Shown here: positions 34,899-41,929 of the stretch, one piece after another
Position numbering within the stretch: the first letter of the stretch is position 1
How the letters are laid out: every line of letters starts with the position of its first letter
Origin: Cercozoa sp. M6MM
Lineage: Eukaryota; Protista; Endomyxa: Ascetosporea
Assembly (NCBI GenBank): GCA_040357565.1
Contig: JBDODJ010000098.1
Direction: 5' to 3' (one strand)
DNA: 41,929 nucleotides
The notes under the pieces: generated by a model
Database searches by the model: none
Told to the model about the DNA's origin: nothing
Seen by the model: the letters and a program-made list of their open reading frames with translations, nothing else
Position numbers and translations under genes: made by a program

Positions 34899-37213
34899 AT
34901 GATTCGCCGTTTACGCGTCGTGAGTGCGGTGGTTACGCAATCGGCGGGCGCGGTGCTTCCGCGCGGATCAGTGACGGCTTGTCGCGCGTTTCGCGTGCAG
35001 CCATCCACGCGATCGCGAAATCCGCGTCTGGGCACAGCCAAGAAAAAGAAGCAGCTAGGTCAGTGTCTGCTGATGGACCCGGGCGTGCTGCAGCGTGTCG
35101 TGCAGTCGGCCAAGATTCGGGAGGGGGATACTGTACCCTTTTTGGCATTTTGTGCGGATACCTGAACTGATGCGTTTTCCAATTAGGTGCTGGAGATCGG
35201 TCCCGGCACGGGAAACCTGACGACATTATTGCTCGAGGCACCGTGTCAGCGCGTGGTTGCGATCGAGAAGTACACCGCTCCCTTAATCACCTTTCGCAAA
35301 ATGGATCTGTTCTGCTCTATCGTAGGGATCCCGACATGCTTGCTGAAATGCATCTGCGTTTCTCAGAAGAGTATCATTTCTTTTTTAAGACACAAAATAA
35401 AGCATGTTTGCTTGTGTGTTTAGAATCAAAAGTGGCCAGCTCAAATTGATTCGAGGCGATGCCAATTCGGTAGAGTTAGTTGTTTTGATTATGAGTCACT
35501 TGGACTTCGTGGTATGGGCAGGTGCAATGGCCGCCATTTGATGTGCTGGTGGCCAACATCCCGTACGAGTTGTCTGCGCCACTGACGTTCAAACTGCTGC
35601 GACACGCGACTGCTGAAGAAAACGGGTACCTTTCTTTTTAATATTCTTAGCTCTCTTACTTTCACCTCCTTCCTGCAGCGAGAAGAAAATAGCCTGGCGG
35701 CGTGCCGTGATGATGTATCAGAAGGAGTTTGCCCAGCGACTGTCTGCTGTCAGTGTACGCTACTCTATACTGTTGGTACTGAGGTTTACTCATGTACTTT
35801 CGTTTAGGCTTCAACGTCGTGGTCGCGACTTGCAGTGTCGGCCCAACTGCGTGCCAAGGTGCTTGCTTGTTTCTTTGTGTCGTGTGTATCTTTTGCTTTT
35901 GTTAGTAACGCGAATGCACTCAGACCAAGTTGTTGTTCGAGGTGCCACGACACTGCTTCCGACCGATGCCGCGCGTTCACTCGGCCGTGGTGCGTTTCCG
36001 GCCGCGTCGCATGTTCGCTCGGACGCCGTCGGAGGAGTTCACTTCAAACGAGAGCACGCAGCTGCAGGACTACGACAGTGCTGAGTACATGCACGAGTAC
36101 CTGTATGACATGGATGGTGGTGGAGAGTTTGAAGACCCTGAATCGATCGACTCTGACGACGATGACGAGTACGAGGAAGACGAGATTGATCGGGTAGCTT
36201 TCTTCTCTGGCCTCAGCTTTTCGACTGGACACATGTGTGTAGCTCGCACTCACCGAGGAGGAACTCGACAGTCCCGAGTGGCAAGCCATGTTGAGATGGT
36301 ACTTTTACCCTGTGTCAGACAAGCTTAATTTACCCCCCCCCCCCCCCCTTTATCCCCCTTTACCCCCTTTACCCACCTTTACCCCTTTACCCCCTTTACT
36401 TCCCTTTACTCCTTTACCCCCTTTACCCCCCTCTTACCAATGACTGAAGGTGCTTCCAACGGAAATCACGCACGCTGAGGAGTATTGGCACCACACGAGG
36501 TTCTCTGGACACACTGCACACCAGCGATGACGTATGCTCTCTCTTTATATTTCACTTGCTTTCGGCAATGTTTCCTTTTTTAGACTCATCCCAGCAAAAA
36601 GCTGGTGCTGCAAGCACTCTCTGAAGTAGAGTTGCAGGACGTTCGGCCGCGTCACATGTCGCTCGTGCAGCTTGTTGCTCTTCGAGACAGGTTTTTTTTT
36701 TGCACTCTTCAGCTTGCCGTGTTTGACCCGTTTGGTATTTTGACAGTTTCCATAAGCACGGAATGCGTTTCACCAAGGAGAAACCACTGGTCAAAAGCGA
36801 CACTGAGCTTGATGAGGTATATTTAATGTTGGGCACTTTCGCAATCGCATGCCACTGTTTGAAAACAGCCGGCCCAAGCGAACCTGTCAATGATCGAGAT
36901 GCTCGAGAGAGAGTACCGGGATCTCGCCGATCAGGCGGCCAAGGAGCAGCGTCACCTGGCGCGACAGCGACAACGACAGAAGCGACAACAGGCGCGACAC
37001 AGTCGTACCGTCGACTCGAGCGATCAGCTGGAGTACTCGGACAATCAGGATGGCGACTCACAGCACGCGTCGGACGAGTCTGAACTCGAGGATCTGGACG
37101 TCGACCTGATCGATGTCGAGGATGAGTACTACGCAAAGGAGGACGCGTTCGACGCCTACGTGCGTGACTTGGACGAGAACGAGACCGAGTACGGCATTCC
37201 GCACGCGCAGTGA
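34899..37213 (+). CDS. rRNA adenine N6,N6-dimethyltransferase (Dim1/KsgA family) with a mitochondrial-type presequence
   Basis: Motifs KKQLGQCLL, VLEIGPGTGNLT, VVAIEKD, FDVLVANIPY, MYQKEFAQRL, WSRLAVSAQL, FRPMPRVHSAVVRF and CFQRKSRTL. The leader MIRRLRVVSAVV is Arg-rich and acid-free. Confidence 0.92.
36328..36437 (+). repeat. Intronic (CCCCTTTA)n-type repeat
   Basis: Directly visible within a Dim1 intron. Confidence 0.9.
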
Positions 37214-37493
37214 TTCGCTTGAGTCCCGTTCCTGCCAGTTCATTAGATTCACGCCCGGTCTGTCAGCGCAGGCCGGCTCAGCTTAGTGACTACACAGTAG
37301 CTTACGGTGATCACGTCGCTTCAGCTCTCGGCATGGTACACGCTGACTGCGCTGGTACCCACGCACAGTACCCTACATCGCACGTTCAGTTCAAATACGA
37401 ATTGCATGAAGGATACGATAACGCCAGCGCAACGAGGGTGATTTCAGGACTCCCAAGACCTGGAATTCAACCAACTATGCGCAACTAGGGTTA

Positions 37494-39584
37494 CTACTCC
37501 TCGGCCTCGTCGGAGAGGCCCTCCATGTCGATGGCGTCGGTGGCCACGAAGACGTCGTCGCCGCAGTGCTCGAGCGAACTGGCGCGGCGCATGCGCTGTT
37601 GGATCTCGGTCTCGTGCTCCTCCTTCTTGCGGAAGACGTCGTCGTTGAACTCGCTCTTGTACTTGAAGAAGATGAGGCAGGCCACGAGAATGGAAGCGAC
37701 GTTGAACGCGATGTTAGCGTACTCGCGGATCTCGATGAACTTGGCGTTGTTGGCGGGCGTGATGCCGCTCTTGCTGTGCCCAATGACGAGGCCCTTGATG
37801 AGCTTGTTGAGCACAAAGAAGGGCACCATGGAGCACAGCAGCGCATTGATACTGGTCGTGATGCCATAGGCCGACTTCATGCGCTTGTCTGTGGCCAGCA
37901 CACCGCACGCCGGGAAGTAGCACGCCGTGGCGAAGAAGTGTGCCACGCCCATGATGAGCCAGATCAGCACAGCCACCAAGAAGTCGCCGGTGCGACTGCC
38001 CGGCGTGTACTTGCCCGGTAACTGACCCACCGGCAGCGACAGGTCCGGCTGCACGAACTTGCCGTGCACCAGCATGCACACGTTGCAAGCCTACTCGATA
38101 CGTCAGGTACAATGCACAGATACACGAGGTGCGAGGTCAACTGTACAATCAGGGCGACCGGGACGGCGAATAGCACGATGCGGCGGCCGCCGAAGCGGTC
38201 CAGTGTCATGCCGAAGATGAAGCCGGCCAGGCCAATGTACTTGGGCACCTTGGAGAAGAAGGCCACGACCGCATTGGTGCCATCGAACCTGTCAGTCCCA
38301 GTCAAACATACACATACTCGATATACACATGTTTAGACAATGTTCTTCTGTACCAGTACTGATCGGTGAACACGGCCATGTTGGAGGACAAAAAGGGCGT
38401 CACGCTGACGTCCAGGAAGACAAACCACATCATCATGGCGAACCACACCTGCAGGGGATAACAGCAACTCTGAGTCAGTACATGTATGCTTAGTATAGAG
38501 AGGTGTACGGCCGGCAAGTTGAGCAGGTCGTGCCACGTCTGTTTGAGCGAGTCGCCAATGATGCTCAGCAGTGACTGGCCGTGGTACTTTTCACGCTCCA
38601 CAGTCTCGTGCTCGTGCTTCGGGAAGAAGAGCGACGGCACCAGAGCAATGGCAATCAGGATCGTGCCCACCAGCGACGGCACGAACAGCGACGGTCCGGT
38701 CGGGTTCTTCACCGTCTCTACAAGGGAAGGTTAGTACTAAAACAAACCTCTGTTTGAGAAGTTACTGCCATTGAGGACGGTGTCCTCGGTCATGGCGTTG
38801 AAGATCACGAGGCTGATCGCCGAGTCGAGTGCCACGGCCCAGATGTCGCCCCAGCGCAGCAGCGAGAACACCGTGCTGAGCTTGTCCTTCGGGAACCACA
38901 TCTTGAGGATCACGTGGGCCTACCCAGCAAGCGCACATAAGCAAGCATAGTACATACTGTAGTGAGGCACCGTAAGCTATAAAAGTAGCACGTACCACAG
39001 CACGCTGCATGCCGACACCGGCGCCGTTGAGGAAGCGACCGACGCAAAAGAGCCAGTAGCCGCCCGGTCCCATGAGTGGTCCAAAGGCACAGCATGCCTG
39101 ACCGGCCACTGCGAGCACCAAGCACAGCACGAGGTTCCTGTCCCAAGCACATCCATATATATTTTTATTATACATCTGGGATGAAACGTTACCACTTAGC
39201 ACCAATGCCGATACACAGCGAGCCAGCCACGAGACCAAGGACCACCGTGGGGAAACCGTGCAACATCGTGGTCGGAAGCTCCATGTTCGCCGCGTCGACT
39301 TGGAAGAAGGTTCCCAGTGGTTTCAGCAGTGTCTTGTTGGTGGTCTTGCTCCACGTGAGACTGAAGTACGACACCAGTGCGATGAAGAAGGCGAGCCACA
39401 TCACCTTGGTGATTGTTGTTGGTGCCGCTGCTGGCTTGGTGCCTGCCTCGACATCCTGAACACACACCGTCTCGCCTTGCTTGTGTTACAAGGCATTGTC
39501 GAGTCATTCATCGACCGGGACTTTCTGTACCATGGGATGCACAACGACGCCACCCGTCGTTGGCTTCTTTTCCGTTTCGGACAT
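37494..39584 (-). CDS. Major facilitator superfamily transporter (MFSD1-like)
   Basis: About 12 hydrophobic segments, with motifs VGRFLNGAG, MWFPKDKLSTVFSL and FGMTLDRFGGRR (MFS motif A-like). Confidence 0.85.
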
Positions 39585-40444
39585 GTTCTATTGTCTTCAA
39601 ACTTGCTCTGGCCTTTCTCGCTTAACTATTCAGAACGCAAACTGTGATTCTTTGAGTCGAAGCAAATCACTCAAAATTCCAACTGTAACTAAATTTGAAA
39701 TTTAGTTTAAAAAAAGCCGAAAACTCGAGACACAAAAATAATCGCACGAAAACCCTCTAAGCGTGCGCTTTGGCGTAAAGCTCGTTGCGGACACAGCAAC
39801 TGCACAGGTCAGCCCTCAGAGCTCACCGAGGGACAAGCGAGTAAAAAAGCGGCACACGTACCGCGTCTTGTCGTGCGCGTCGATGCCACTGGTGTGTTCG
39901 CTCGCTGTTGTACACAACGCAACACACTCCAAGCTATTCACTGGCACCTTGCGCAGTATTCCTGGCTCCGCAATTTTGGTCAATCCCGGCTGTACGCTGC
40001 GCGCACGCACACGCCAGTCTTCGGACTTTCACTGGACTGTGGCATGGGATTGGCCGAGTGACTCTGCGCACTATCCAGCTATCTATCCACGCACAAGCGT
40101 TTTTACAAGGTGCCCGGCAATATCGAATAGTTCATGCTTACACCGCACAGCGGTGAGAAGTTTTAATGACACCGCCCGAACTGAAACAGGAGCCTTGGAA
40201 CTGAAGACTGCAACCAAGTCCACCGGAACTGTACTACTATACGCACAGATCCGCTCTAGCACCGATAGGATACTGCAACAGTCGGACCCACTGCAACTTC
40301 CGCGGGGATCGTACATGCGATGCACAGGATGACTTCGACTTTGCAGCTGAACCGAGCTGAACTAGTGCCAGTTGGACTTCTAAGTAACGTAACTGAAACG
40401 TAGACGCAATGCGGCAATACAAAGCGACGTCGACCGTACGGTGT

Positions 40445-41929
<1,485 letters not shown>

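Noticed and set aside
30464-38021. Long antisense ORFs overlapping ABP34, MFS and other GC3-rich genes
   Set aside because: An expected by-product of strong C/G third-position bias, with no independent motifs.

Overview
Gene-dense, intron-rich nuclear DNA from a compact eukaryotic (protist-like) genome, not a prokaryote. The ORF track is fragmented by many short GT-AG introns (mostly about 45-130 nt), so I rebuilt the gene models by hand-splicing. About 19 protein genes, in order: last exon of an upstream gene; ALG5 (-); sideroflexin (+); IFT74 (-); two hypothetical proteins; HemK/PrmC methyltransferase (-); type I L-asparaginase (-); signal-peptide + RING-H2 protein (-); a strongly codon-biased orphan membrane protein (-); an SPxR-repeat protein (+) and an RWD-domain protein (-), both running into a 100-N gap; Atg14/UVRAG-like (+); a probable ciliary protein (-); PH + degenerate RhoGAP (-); an ABP34-family EF-hand actin bundler with a long Ala/Glu/Lys stalk (+); a coiled-coil protein (-); mitochondrial-type Dim1/KsgA (+); MFS transporter (-); and the 3' half of a class I-like PI3-kinase (-). 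The standard genetic code fits (TAA, TAG and TGA all terminate genes). I found no CRISPR array, rRNA, tRNA or transposon, and no clear multi-gene novel system. The most interesting signals are genome-level: 5' splice sites that almost never have A at +4, a strand-biased C-rich intronic repeat family, and a recurring AACTGAACGT element downstream of stop codons. A possibly secreted RING E3 ligase and the stalk-extended ABP34 also stand out. Family assignments come from motif recall, not database searches, and gene ends are manual estimates.
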